A stretch of 63,442 nt of DNA, the filler included, from Babesia bigemina (taxonomy: Eukaryota), in the NCBI RefSeq assembly GCF_000981445.1. It is 6 parts of 6 records of this genome, joined end to end, with 100 filler letters (N's around TTAATTAATTAA, not from the genome) between each part and the next. Parts side by side here need not be neighbours in the genome. Positions count along the whole stretch, not along the records: positions 15,870 to 37,086 come from NW_012237312.1; 5 more parts are not named here. One strand, given 5' to 3'. The first letter of the stretch is position 1. Each line of letters starts with the position of its first letter. Positions 19,301-29,973 of the stretch are shown here, piece by piece. Made by a program: the position numbers and the translations under genes. Under the pieces are notes generated by a model. The model worked only from the letters and a program-made list of their open reading frames with translations, did no database searches and was not told the DNA's origin.

Positions 19301-22127
19301 CATCGTCGCCCATGACGTATTAACACCTCTGCCCGCCTTGGTAGAACAAGACAAACATATCGGCTTCAAGGGGTTCATGGAGGAATTCGCTGGTAAGACG
19401 CCCGAAAACGAGAATATTCAAAAGCTCGTCGAACAAAAGGAAAATAGTAACGTTGAAAAATTATCCGCCGCGTTCCAGCAATTCTGGAAGCCACTGAAAA
19501 ATTATCTCATCACTGAAATTAAGAGAGTAAATACGGAAAATAATGAGAAGAAAAATCCAGTTGGAACAGATCAACAATATTATTCGCACACGCTTCTGAA
19601 AATTAACGACTCACTTGCTGACCTACTTGACCATTTGGGTAAGCAAAACCGCTACGACCATAACCTCCATGGGCTTCTTCAAAAACTTATCTCCGCAAAC
19701 AACGAACTTAAACCGGACAACTTTGCAAAGCCAAATACGCCGGTCTTAGATGGTATTGGAAGCGGGATTAGTAAATTTGTGGACGAGTTGAGGAAGGTCT
19801 ACATATCTACTTACGATAGTGTATCGTTTGATGGCGTGTTGTTTGATAATCATAGATACGAAGTCACGCCGCGAGGAGCTGTAAGCACATATTACTTGAG
19901 TGGGTACGGTAAGAAATGCGCTAAAGTATTTATCACCACCTTGGAAATGCTGAGTAACGATTTCTATACGTTGATCAAAGAATCTATGAAATCGTGGAAA
20001 GCAAGGCAGATTAATACGTATAACGATAATTTATTTGGCAAATGGTTAGAGGATCGTGGCTACAAAGTGGATCGCGAAAAAGGCAAGCAGACCGGTGAGC
20101 TGCAGAACAAAAGTGACATGACCGTGACGACCATCTATGATATTCTCAGCAAAAACATTCGAAGCGTTGTTGAAGTCGATACGCAGACGTCATGGATGAA
20201 AGATATCGTTCAACGCAAGAAAGCGAGAAACGAAAATGCAAACCAAATCAACGTCGTTGACATACTCCTCTTCCTCTACGAACAGGTTCAGATTTACTAC
20301 AAGGTTTCCCACTACAACGTACCTTCGAAGCCTAAAGCGCCAAGCAGCGTGAAAGACATGCTACAGTGGCTTATCGGTCTCCCTCATACCACGGTGTACA
20401 ACGAATTGACAGTTGGCGGTTTTGGTGAGCTGTTTGACAGACCGGAGGAGGAAAAGCTCACTGACGAAAGCGGTCCAACTCTCAAATTGGAAGATGATGA
20501 CAAGTTGGATGCTTACCCTGCAACTATCACAGCCGTAAATCTGAGAGACACACTCACCGAAGTATGCCATTATTCGTACGACGTCCTCGTCAGCCTGCTT
20601 GGTCACGGCCATGCAGGTGGCCGCTATGCCTGTGAGTTCAACACTAATGAAGATAAGTTCTCGTACCCCAATGACATGAACGCGTTAATCTGTAGTATGC
20701 TTGATATCTTAACACGTCTTCACGAGCAACTCTATTTCCTATGTCGCCAATGCCATTACACCACTGATCTCAGCGGATGGGCTAACTGCTGGTATGGTCG
20801 AGATGTCGGTGGCGCATCGTGGAAGTGTAATGCCCTTCAATGTCCTGATCAAAGCGCTGACCAAATACACAACCAAACGTGTAACCAAAAGTGCAACCAA
20901 ATTAGTGACTGCGGCCTTAAATCACCACTTCAGTCATTCCTCGAAGATGGTCTCCAGGGCTTCCTACCGCATCAACTCAAAGTTGAAAGGGGGGCACTTG
21001 TATGTACGGTTAAACACTCCGGTTTGCCGTGTAAAACACCCATGGGTTTCGGAGATATCAGTCAACTAGCATCACACAGGCAACAGGGTAAGCATATCTT
21101 CACTACGCTGTATAAATTCTGTGGTAGCAAATCGTCGCCTCTCACTAGGCTGCGCAGCCAACTCAAATGCATCCTCCCTAATGCACCGAAAACGCTAAAC
21201 GATATGTTTGCATTCTACTTTACTCTACTCAATGACTGGAACGAGGCAGCAGGAACACGCCAGATGCACAGGGAAAACGCATTCAAAAAAGCCGTCATCG
21301 AAGCAAACTTCGAGAATCACAACACAGAGTTGGACATTACTGCCATGTTCAAGAACAGGGATCATGGTCTCAATGCTGCTACCCAGAAAAGCGAGCATAT
21401 TACCGGTGACTTATACGCTCTTGTCGATTGCCATACCAATTCGTCATCCGTTTCATCTCATCCTTGCGGTCCATACTTGAGGCCGATTTGTCAAGACGGG
21501 TTCAGCACATTCACAGCAAAGAACGCGGAAAAATATGTGTCTTGGATCATCTACTCGACAGGGTCATTCCTCCATTTGTTGAAACAGCTGTACGAGGAAT
21601 GTAACAGTAACTGCGCCGGTGACAGACCAAAATGCCGTGTCAGTAGATGTAAGAAGGGTTGTAAAGCATTAGACTCACCGATGTCTCCTGGCTCGACTCA
21701 TGAGAAATCCTGTGGATCTATAGTAGATTGCAAGTTAATGCGTCCTACAATCTACAAATACGGTTTTGTACTTGGCGATTGTGAGAGTCTATCCGCCGAG
21801 TCTAGTAAGCGCACGTGCAAAGATTTGTGTATGGTATTGCAAAGCGTGACTAACGAGAAAGAATCGGCTCATCACCCGCTTGCCGAATTGGTATATCGAA
21901 CTATCCCCGATTTCCTCTTCACAATCCGCGCTCCCTTCATCTGGCTCAACGTCGCCCTCTGGCTCCTCTCCTTCCTGTACCTCCTCCACATCATGGTCAT
22001 CCGCCTCGACCTCCTCCACATCAAATCGCATCTACATAGTCCCTCGAGTCATAGGATTGCTGCTCAATCATTGTTGGCTGCTGGACGTGTTAACAAACTG
22101 GGGAGGGTGTTTTACCTGCAACCATAA
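16362..22127 (+). CDS. ves1: VESA1/ves1-like cassette 3; no 5' ATG (ORF-track start 16410 is TTG; first in-frame ATG at 16968)
   Basis: Same family motifs and C-terminal tail; uninterrupted frame of about 1900 codons. Confidence 0.87.
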   Translation, partial: LADTDHSPSEDATKKALQDIDSKLISLGELAGQLGGFVGDSESVKKAVVNAIIAVFDTNPHLKNDLKHLYSPYVTNLSVSVNSAGQADDTKIISELKDKVTSQITETKRLIDNLNNHLNPSLSSPSPSADPAKLQSKLEALRKVEELCGFLTNPKNASNDPKKLLDNLCDGLETFLGFNSASKGYDGAGIVYSDLDRLCDGVMGFLSGVLSNIKEHLGQHKEQITEAIKSLETNKHLGKKGFNDAIGKVVAGVRGYNKEVKKSNNNVRYPIDKLLKDLENDGTFDKAYKKIYAESVTGNPEDGQVKAADNLAEQSLKLARDFLGALHESEERDKAVSDLNHDCRNNVNNARKIIKHEHDRLQMNFGNESNASRNMVEAVIKEITGMNANVNKQIDEKVAPLINELKKKMQEFLEQVENGPKKDLGRWLKEETETTDQGKKSKKDAFAASRDKVYAGVENFETNYHDIHPQLEAIKGIVQKSNSTEKLEESVAKITSAVKDVGEQLGLQVKSLEHWRTTALEVVKVALKRVDEIVNKLDGKKADQEAENSERDEVTKAAGELKDQALKLMTAITEATGKLSTGIATAGRAVTDLDDALKKSLHSLKTRIKTTISQYIGKLSGALDAGMQSTRGYSGTAGFSAFMSNFNSEHPISPKTEFGKRLQEVGRNNIKLARGIHTALIELNNEKSQWSRITPGSNELQSAISKDLQDSVDKELPDAEDDEKVLLTSLVSYSATGATGSKQWLEKSISSMQESVKGKLDNIVYPEKTGKMITAHMITTTHHELNIKFKSFIRAVTNIIKKDPHMGSNEHLNYDLRKLNAMLDGKESIYGINNHLNTIHTALSAIHKKEFGEQLSNSSVYGAISVVTDKVIMLEKASTATDTPDGNLMKLVGSLPKDMRSLNNCINTVIEVVENADKQLQQWITNVGVYIATMDKTGHDFADGLKEFVDVSMSYAKNIITTDIQKGYVRSVKRQLKYFAIVAHDVLTPLPALVEQDKHIGFKGFMEEFAGKTPENENIQKLVEQKENSNVEKLSAAFQQFWKPLKNYLITEIKRVNTENNEKKNPVGTDQQYYSHTLLKINDSLADLLDHLGKQNRYDHNLHGLLQKLISANNELKPDNFAKPNTPVLDGIGSGISKFVDELRKVYISTYDSVSFDGVLFDNHRYEVTPRGAVSTYYLSGYGKKCAKVFITTLEMLSNDFYTLIKESMKSWKARQINTYNDNLFGKWLEDRGYKVDREKGKQTGELQNKSDMTVTTIYDILSKNIRSVVEVDTQTSWMKDIVQRKKARNENANQINVVDILLFLYEQVQIYYKVSHYNVPSKPKAPSSVKDMLQWLIGLPHTTVYNELTVGGFGELFDRPEEEKLTDESGPTLKLEDDDKLDAYPATITAVNLRDTLTEVCHYSYDVLVSLLGHGHAGGRYACEFNTNEDKFSYPNDMNALICSMLDILTRLHEQLYFLCRQCHYTTDLSGWANCWYGRDVGGASWKCNALQCPDQSADQIHNQTCNQKCNQISDCGLKSPLQSFLEDGLQGFLPHQLKVERGALVCTVKHSGLPCKTPMGFGDISQLASHRQQGKHIFTTLYKFCGSKSSPLTRLRSQLKCILPNAPKTLNDMFAFYFTLLNDWNEAAGTRQMHRENAFKKAVIEANFENHNTELDITAMFKNRDHGLNAATQKSEHITGDLYALVDCHTNSSSVSSHPCGPYLRPICQDGFSTFTAKNAEKYVSWIIYSTGSFLHLLKQLYEECNSNCAGDRPKCRVSRCKKGCKALDSPMSPGSTHEKSCGSIVDCKLMRPTIYKYGFVLGDCESLSAESSKRTCKDLCMVLQSVTNEKESAHHPLAELVYRTIPDFLFTIRAPFIWLNVALWLLSFLYLLHIMVIRLDLLHIKSHLHSPSSHRIAAQSLLAAGRVNKLGRVFYLQP

Positions 22128-22250
22128 TCGTACTCACGTGTTCACTATCTACACTCACCTAACATCACCTACTCACCTAACTTATGAATTGTAGTTTAAT
22201 CTGTTGTATCACTCATTAGTCGTTGTATGTGATTGTGTAATAGTTAACTA
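22128..22250 (+). other. Conserved 3' tail/UTR of cassette 3
   Basis: TCGTACTCACGTG...CTCACCTAAC...GTTAACT block. Confidence 0.8.
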
Positions 22251-22578
22251 AAGTGCTGACCAATGCCATGACCAAAGTGCTGACCACAGTGTTGACCAAG
22301 GTGTTGACCAAGGTGCTGACCAAGGTGTTGACCAAGGTGCAGACCTATGTGCTGACCAATGCGATGACCACAGTGGTGACCAATGTGCTGACCAATGCCA
22401 TGACCAACGTGATGACCAACGTGATGACCAACGTGATGACCAATGCTCTGACCAAAGTGCTGACCAATGTGCTGACCAAGGTGTTGACCAAGGTGCTGAC
22501 CAAGGTGTTGACCAAGGTGCAGACCTATGTGCTGACCAATGCGATGACCACAGTGGTGACCAATGTGCTGACCAAGGT
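22251..22578. repeat. 12-bp minisatellite (GTGCTGACCAAN)n
   Basis: TGACCAA every 12 bp; internal 180-bp higher-order duplication. Confidence 0.95.
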
Positions 22579-22682
22579 GATGGTCACGGCAGCGATGACA
22601 TGGTCACGGCAGCGATGACATGGACAAAGCAGCGATGACATGGTTACGGCAGCGGTGACATGGTCGCGGCAGCGATGACAGT
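22579..22682. repeat. 20-bp minisatellite (GGTCACGGCAGCGATGACAT)n
   Basis: About five units. Confidence 0.9.
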
Positions 22683-22703
22683 GGTGACCAAAGTGATGAT
22701 GAT

Positions 22704-23728
22704 TATCCACTCCACATCGCCCCTTTACCCACTCCACATCGCCCCTTAACCCACTCTACATCGCTCCTTATCCACTCTACATCGCTCCTGAATCCACTCC
22801 ACATCGCCCCTTTATCCACTCCACATCGCTCCTTTATCCACTCTACATCGCTCCTTAACCCACTCTACATCGCCCCTTTATCCACTCTACATCGCCCCTT
22901 ATCCACTCTACATCGCCCCTTTATCCACTCTACATCGCTCCTTAATCCACTCTACATCGCTCCCTAACCCACTCCACATCGCCCCTTTATCCACTCCACA
23001 TCGCTCCTCTATCCACCCTACATCGCCCCTTTACCCACTCCACATCGCTCCCTAACCCACCCTACATCGCTCCCTAACCCACCCTACATCGCTCCCTAAC
23101 CCACCCTACATCGCTCCCTAACCCACCCTACATCGCCCCTTAACCCACTCTACATCGCCCCTTAACCCACTCTACATCGCTCCCTTATCCACTCTACATC
23201 GCCCCTTAACCCACTCTACATCGCTCCCTTACCCACTCTACATCGCCCCTTAACCCACTCTACATCGCTCCTTTACCCACTCTACATCGCTCCCTAACCC
23301 ACTCCTCATAGCTCCTTAACCGACTCCACATCGCCCCTTAACCCACTCTACATCGCCCCTTAACCCACTCTACATCGCCCCTTAACCCACTCTACATCGC
23401 TCCCTTATCCACTCTACATCGCTCCCTTATCCACTCTACATCGCCCCTTAACCCACTCCACATCGCCCCTTTACCCACTCTACATCGCCCCTTACCCACT
23501 CTACATCGCTCCTTTACCCTCTCTACATCGCTCCTTTACCCACTCTACATCGCTCCCTAACCCACTCTACATCGCTCCCTAACCCACTCCACATCGCCCC
23601 TTAACCCACTCCACATCGCCCCTTTATCCACTCTACATCGCTCCCTAATCCACTCTACATCGCTCCTTTACCCACTCTACATCGCCCCTTAATCCACTCT
23701 ACATCGCTCCCTAACCCACTCTACATCC
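22704..23728. repeat. 22-bp array (C-rich on + strand)
   Basis: CATCGC core every 21-22 bp. Confidence 0.95.
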
Positions 23729-23755
23729 CTCGAATTACCTCGCCATAATACCGCT

Positions 23756-26700
23756 ATGACCTCTTTAGACCATTATAATAACTTGTGCCTTGTCACCCTT
23801 CACTTCCCCTCTTCCACCTCTTGCCACTGCCCTGACCATGTGTCGCCTAGGGAGCTTGACAAGAAATTTGACTAAATTTTGAACCTTAAAATTACCTCAA
23901 ATAATAACCCTACTAACATCCTTAATAACCTCTGCACTGGCCTCGAAAAGTTTCTCGGCTTCAACTCTGAGTCCAAAGGCTACACTGGCAGCGGTATTGT
24001 GTACTCCGACTTGGACAGGCTGTGTGACGGGGTGATGGGATTTTTGTATGGTGTTCTCAGTGAAGTAAAAAATGAAGATGCAGTTAAAACGTATGATAAT
24101 AATCCACAACTTAAGCTTGAAAAGGTACTAAATGACTTACAATCTCAAATTGGCTCCGGCCGTACGGGGCTTGTGGCGTCTGTCACGCAGGTGAAGGGGT
24201 GGTTGGAGGGGTATGAGAGGGAGGTGAATGAAAAAACAGGAAAAGTAATCGATGCATTAGTTAATTATATGAAAATAATAGGTGTGCAAGCTGCTCAGTT
24301 AGACAGTCTTCCCGATAAAAGTTTTGATAACGTTGACAAGTATTTTACTGCCTATGCTGCTGAGGCCAAACAGCTTGTTGGCAAGCTGACTGAGAATGGA
24401 GAAAAAATAAGAGAATTGGATGCGGAGTTAAAAAATAAATTATCGAATCCAATAGTTATGATTAGTCAGGCCGTTGATTCTCTTGAAAAATCATGTCAAA
24501 ATAAAGACCTTCAAGACTTGAATCAGTATGCGGAAGGTGAACTAATTGACTTGGAAAAGAGAGTGGCAAACAAGGTTACTGGTCGTATGATAGAGTTTCG
24601 AAATACGTTGCAGGATGAATTTAACAAACAAATTTGGGATCGTATCAAGAAAGTCAAGGGCAAGCTAACGATAGTTGACAACGATTTGAAAAATTGGATT
24701 AAGGCGGCGAGAGAGTTACTTCAACGGACTCATGATGAGGCGCTTAATAAAGTTCATGAAAAGTTGAATCCTGACGGCACGGAGAGCAATAAGGTGATTG
24801 GACAGAAGATTGATGCCCTTAAGAAGGCTCATGGAAAAGATGCACCTAACAGCGCAACGGACCCAGAGAGCATGGAATATGTTTTGAAAAAGGTGGTGGA
24901 ACCGGCATTAGGTGAAGCTGCAACGCTAGTGGATACGAAGATTGGCATCACCGGTAAAAACGACTCCGAGTTCACGAAACTTGACAATGAAGCCGGAGGG
25001 ATTTATGGCGCCGCTAGCGGAATACGTCAAACGCTCGAAGCTACAGTCGGTAGAATTATGTCAACACTTGGGAAGATTTCAGAAGCGATTAATTATTCCG
25101 AGTTTGTTACAACCGAAGCTAGCAGTGATACGGGATTGGGACCGACCATTACGCAGCTCGATGCGGCGCTTCGCGGAGATATTGTGGCTCTTGAGAAGCT
25201 CGATGATCGTTTAGAAAAATACGGAGATGACAAGTTTAGTCAGGCTCTTATCAAAGCCGTAACAGCGGTGCGTAAGCAAATAGAAGGTCTTACAGATTTG
25301 AAGCATAGTTCGACAAATAAAGCTGCAGAAATCCATAGGCAAAGCGTTACGAATCTGTTTCAGATTAAAAATGAGTTGCAGGATGCAGTGACGGAATTCT
25401 TGAGCAGAATAGGAGATCTGAAATCCACAGGCGCCACAAAATATATGCAGCCCATACGAGACGCCTACACTGCCATGAGAAGGATAAACGATATCTCAAA
25501 ATCTGTCGGTTCAACAAACTCCATTGTCATCAAAATGCTAAGCACAGCGCAGAGTACTATAAAACGAAATACTACAGCGATATGGAGTAATCCAACTGCC
25601 TCAACCGGTCCAACCTATGAAGGAGCTAGGGGTGAAATGAAAGAGGTACATAAACAACTCGCTCCATTTAAAGAAAAAATTATGGATAAAATAGGTAGCA
25701 GCAAAGATGTGGTGAATTCACTTAGGAAACAGATCGAATCAGCCAGGTCAACGCTTCATACTGCCGCTAAGAGTATACAAACCCAGTTAAAAGATCATAT
25801 TCAAACGAAGCTAAAGATTATCCAGAGAAATATTCAGTCACAAGTTGACACCATCATATCTCAGCTTAGAACACTCAGAGAGACGTTGCGAAATAATGTC
25901 ATTAATGAGATTAATAAGTTAAAGGAGCAGGGACTTGGTGGTCAAGATTCGAATTGGGCGGGAAGCAGTCAAACTGCCAAGGGCCTCGCACATATCCAGA
26001 CTACACTCAGCGGTATCATTGGCACTTCAGACGCCACGCACCTCGACACCTTGGAGGGAATCATTAAGATAGCCGGTGAGTTCTACCAGAAAATCAACGA
26101 TGAGGCTGACAAAGCATTTAAAGAGATAGATGTATCAATTCACAAAGAAGTGGAAGCAACGACCACAGATATGAGAGACGAAGCGCAACGCCTCTACAGT
26201 AACCGCAAACAAGCGGAACTTGAAAGCTTAAAAACACTTTTAGAAACCCAAAAAGCTGCAATGCAACAATTAATAGACGAAGACAAGATATCCGGCGTGA
26301 AAGGTATACTAAACAAAATTGAAACTTGGTTCCCACACAATGGACCAGCCGCCATTTTCAAGACTCTACACTCCTTCGAATCAGTCACTACGGATTTCAA
26401 ATACTTCTCGGACTCACTTTGTGACTTCATTAAGGAGCAAGTTAAAACTCCAGTCAAGCCGTCCGTTGCTCCCAATGAAAATGACAATTCCACTAAAGTG
26501 CATTACATTAAGAAATCCATAGACACTTTGCTCAGCGAACTCAGCAATTCAAACCACTTCGATCGTACATTTAACGACAATCTCGCCGCACTCAGACAGC
26601 TACTCGCCACCTTCCCTCCTTCCTCGTTCTCCGGCATTTTCAACGGCGTGCTGCTCGATGGCTTACGTGCCGGGTTGGACGGGCTGTGCGCGCAGTTGTG

Positions 26701-28912
26701 CTATGCATACGTTAATACATATGACGGTCGAAGGGTTCGCGAGCTGATAAAGAATCTTAAACATGAAGCCGGCGGAAATAAAGTTGACGCGATCTATGAC
26801 CTGACTGATGACGGTCGAAAGGCGGCTAAGGTGTGCCTCACTGCACTTAAGACAGTGTGCCACGACTTGATAAAAGTGAGAGACGATTTTATGTCGCGTG
26901 CTATGCATAAATACAAACTCAACAAATCCACAGAACTCGGGAAATTCATCAACGATTGTGGTTTTGTTCTATCCGATCAACATCAGCAGAACGGCGAACT
27001 GCGCAACAGCGACGACATGAAGGGAACTCAAATCATCGAGCTTCTCAAAAAAGACGGCAAGCTATTCCACAAAGCTCGCAGCCATATTTTTGCTGGCAGG
27101 ATCACTGAAGTGAACGACTATCTCTGCGATTACTACGCTGTTTGTAATCTTACCAACTCCTCATCCAGACAGCCATGCAATGTATACGAAATGCTTTGCT
27201 GGCTCACGTCGCTACAATATAATGCGGTGTATACAGATATGCTACGCGACGGTATCGGTAACTTACTTGAGACTCCGGAGAGGGCACTTGGTAGCGACGA
27301 TGAAGGCCTTGTGTCGTTTGACATGAAGGCCACGTACCTAAACGCTTATCCAAAAAGGGTCACGTATGGCAATTACGAAGCTATACTTGAACACATTTGC
27401 GCTCAATCGTACATATTGTTGACCAAAATTCGTGGCACTGGTGATGCGGCGACGTATTACGCGGTTGACTGCTGTACCAACGCTCTTAAGCTAAAATATC
27501 CCGCGACAGGTGAGGAATGTCTCGATATGCTGTTGGACATCCTACGCAGATTGTTCCCGCCACTTAAATATTTGTTGACGCAATGCAGTATCGATGCTAG
27601 CAATTTCGGCTGGCGCGATTGCCCCTACGGCAAGGATGTTCCGACGGTCAAATGGCCATGCAATGAACACTCAAAGGAGAAACCAAAAGACCAACCAAAA
27701 TGCCAACCAAATTGTCAACCAAATTGCCAAGCAAAGTGCCAAGTAAATTGTCGATCAAATTCGCCATTAATGTCTTACCTATATGATTGCTTACCCGGGC
27801 ACCTGCCACATCAGCTAAGCTCTATCGGCTGCAAGTACACATGCTCTACTTGCGCCACTGGTAAGACAGGAATGCCGTGTTTAACACCGCTCGGATTCAG
27901 AGGTTTCTCAGGTGAACCGAAAACCGGCAAGGACCTGTGTGACGTTCTAACTAAATTCTTTGAACATGAGCATTTGTCATCGTTGCTCTCCCTGGCGCCC
28001 AAAGCGCCGAGCACATTGCCGGAGCATCTCAGTTTCACGTTATCGCTTGTTAAACACTGGAATAATGGCGGTAGACATCTGATTCAGGATGCGTTTACCA
28101 AGGCAATCAATGACCAATCCATTGGCTTGTACGAACAACCGGAAACCCTTATTAATACACTTTGCAACGTCTACGGTAATACTAAAAAGCATCATAACAT
28201 GAATGATGACGGTAAGGAAGCTAGCTTGCCGTTTACATCGTTGACTGCGTCTTGCACAACGCAGGATCATTGTGCTCCATACCTGCGATCCCTGTGCGAC
28301 GACACTTACGCATACTTAGTCAGCAAACAGGCTGGCACTTATTTCTCATGGGCAATATACTCACCATGGACGTTGTGGAAATATGTGCAGTGCTTACTGA
28401 CAGACTTCCAGAACATATCCTGTAAGGACTGGGGGTGCCGTGGATGTACCCGTGGTGATCAATGTAAGCGTGGCCAGCACGGACTCAGCGATGATAAAAA
28501 TAGAAAAGCTCACTGCCAATGCCGTTCAATAGTCGGATGCAGAGGAACATCTTCGACGTTCTACAGGTATGGTTTCACTTACGCCTCCTCTGAAAATTTG
28601 ATTATTAATGGCACTAAGTGTTCTTCATTCTTCGACCACCTGACCAGAGTACTTAAATCGCAGTATATGAAAGACTTGTTGACCGAGTGCGACAACTTCC
28701 TCTGGACCATCCGGTCACCCTTCTCCTACCTCGTCCTTTCCCTCTGGCTACTCTCCTTCCTCTACCTCCTCCACATCATGGTCATCCGCCTCGACGTGCT
28801 CCACATCAAATCTCACTTGCACTCACCATCATCACATCGCATCGCCGCCCAGTCACTGCTCGCCGCCGCACGTGTTAACAAGCTTAACAGAGTGTTTTAC
28901 CTGCAACCTTAA
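23756..28912 (+). pseudogene. ves1: VESA1/ves1-like cassette 4; the leader ATG (23756) is in frame but followed by a single TAA at 23873-23875; long ORF 23879-28912
   Basis: Reads MTSLDHYNNLCLVTLHFPSSTSCHCPDHVSPRELDKKFD*ILNLK...GIVYSDLDRLCDGVM; SPLMSYLYDCLPGHLPH subtype; TM segment and conserved tail. Confidence 0.8.
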
Positions 28913-29035
28913 TCGTACTCACGTGTTTACTGTCTACACTCATCTAGCATCACCTACTCACCTATACAACTAATTGTTCTCTAATGTTTTGTATCACTCA
29001 TTAATCGTTGTATGTGATTGCGTAGTAGTTAACTG
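28913..29035 (+). other. Conserved 3' tail/UTR of cassette 4
   Basis: Homologous to the other four tails. Confidence 0.8.
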
Positions 29036-29388
29036 ATGTGGTGACCAATGTGCTGACCAAAGTGCTGACCAATGCCATGACCAACGTGCTGACCAAGGTG
29101 CTGACCAAAGTGCTGACCAATGTGCTGACCAATGCCATGACCAAAGTGCTGACCAAAGTGCTGACCAATGTGCAGACCAATGCCATGACCAAGGTGCTGA
29201 CCAACGTGGTGAACAATGCCACGACCAACGTGGTGACCAATGCCATGACCAGAGTGCTGACCAAAGTGCTGACCAATGTGCAGACCAATGCCATGACCAA
29301 GGTGCTGACCAACGTGGTGAACAATGCCACGACCAACGTGGTGACCAATGCCATGACCAGAGTGCTGACCAAGCACCTGACCAAGTTG
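29036..29388. repeat. 12-bp minisatellite
   Basis: TGACCAA periodicity; 108-bp higher-order duplication. Confidence 0.95.
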
Positions 29389-29531
29389 ATGGTCACGGCA
29401 GCGATGACATGGTCACGGCAGCGATGACTTGGTTAAGGCAGCCATGTCTTGGTCACGGCAGCGATGACTTGGTTAAGGCAGCCATGACATGGTCACGGCA
29501 GCGATGACACGGTCACGGCAGCGATGACATG
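29389..29531. repeat. 20-bp minisatellite
   Basis: GGTCACGGCAGCGATGACAT variants. Confidence 0.9.
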
Positions 29532-29550
29532 GTGAGCAGAGTGGTGATTA

Positions 29551-29786
29551 TCATCCACTCTACATCGCTCCCTAACCCACTCTACATCGCCCTTTTACCC
29601 ACTCTACATCGCTCCTCTATCCACTCTACATCGCCCCTTTATCCACTCTACATCGCCCCTTTACCCACTCTACATCGCCCCTTTATCCACTCCACATCGC
29701 TCCCTAACCCACTCTACATCGCCCCTTTACCCACTCTACATCGCCCCTTACCCACTCTACATCGCCCCTTACCCACTCTACATCGC
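29551..29786. repeat. Short 22-bp array
   Basis: About 11 units of CATCGCYCCTTTACCCACTCTA. Confidence 0.93.
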
Positions 29787-29973
29787 TCGAATTACCTCGC
29801 CATATTACCGCTATGACCTTTATAAACCATCACAATAACTTGTGCCTTGTCACCCTTCACTTCCCTCTTCCACCTCTTGCCACTGCCATGTCCCATCATG
29901 TTCACCCTAACTCCAAATCTCTCGAATTACTTCGTCTTATTAACGCTATGACCTCCATAAATCCTTATAATAA
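29787..29973 (+). other. Conserved cassette leader (long type) with ATG uORF 29813-30025
   Basis: Matches the leaders of cassettes 1 and 3. Confidence 0.75.
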
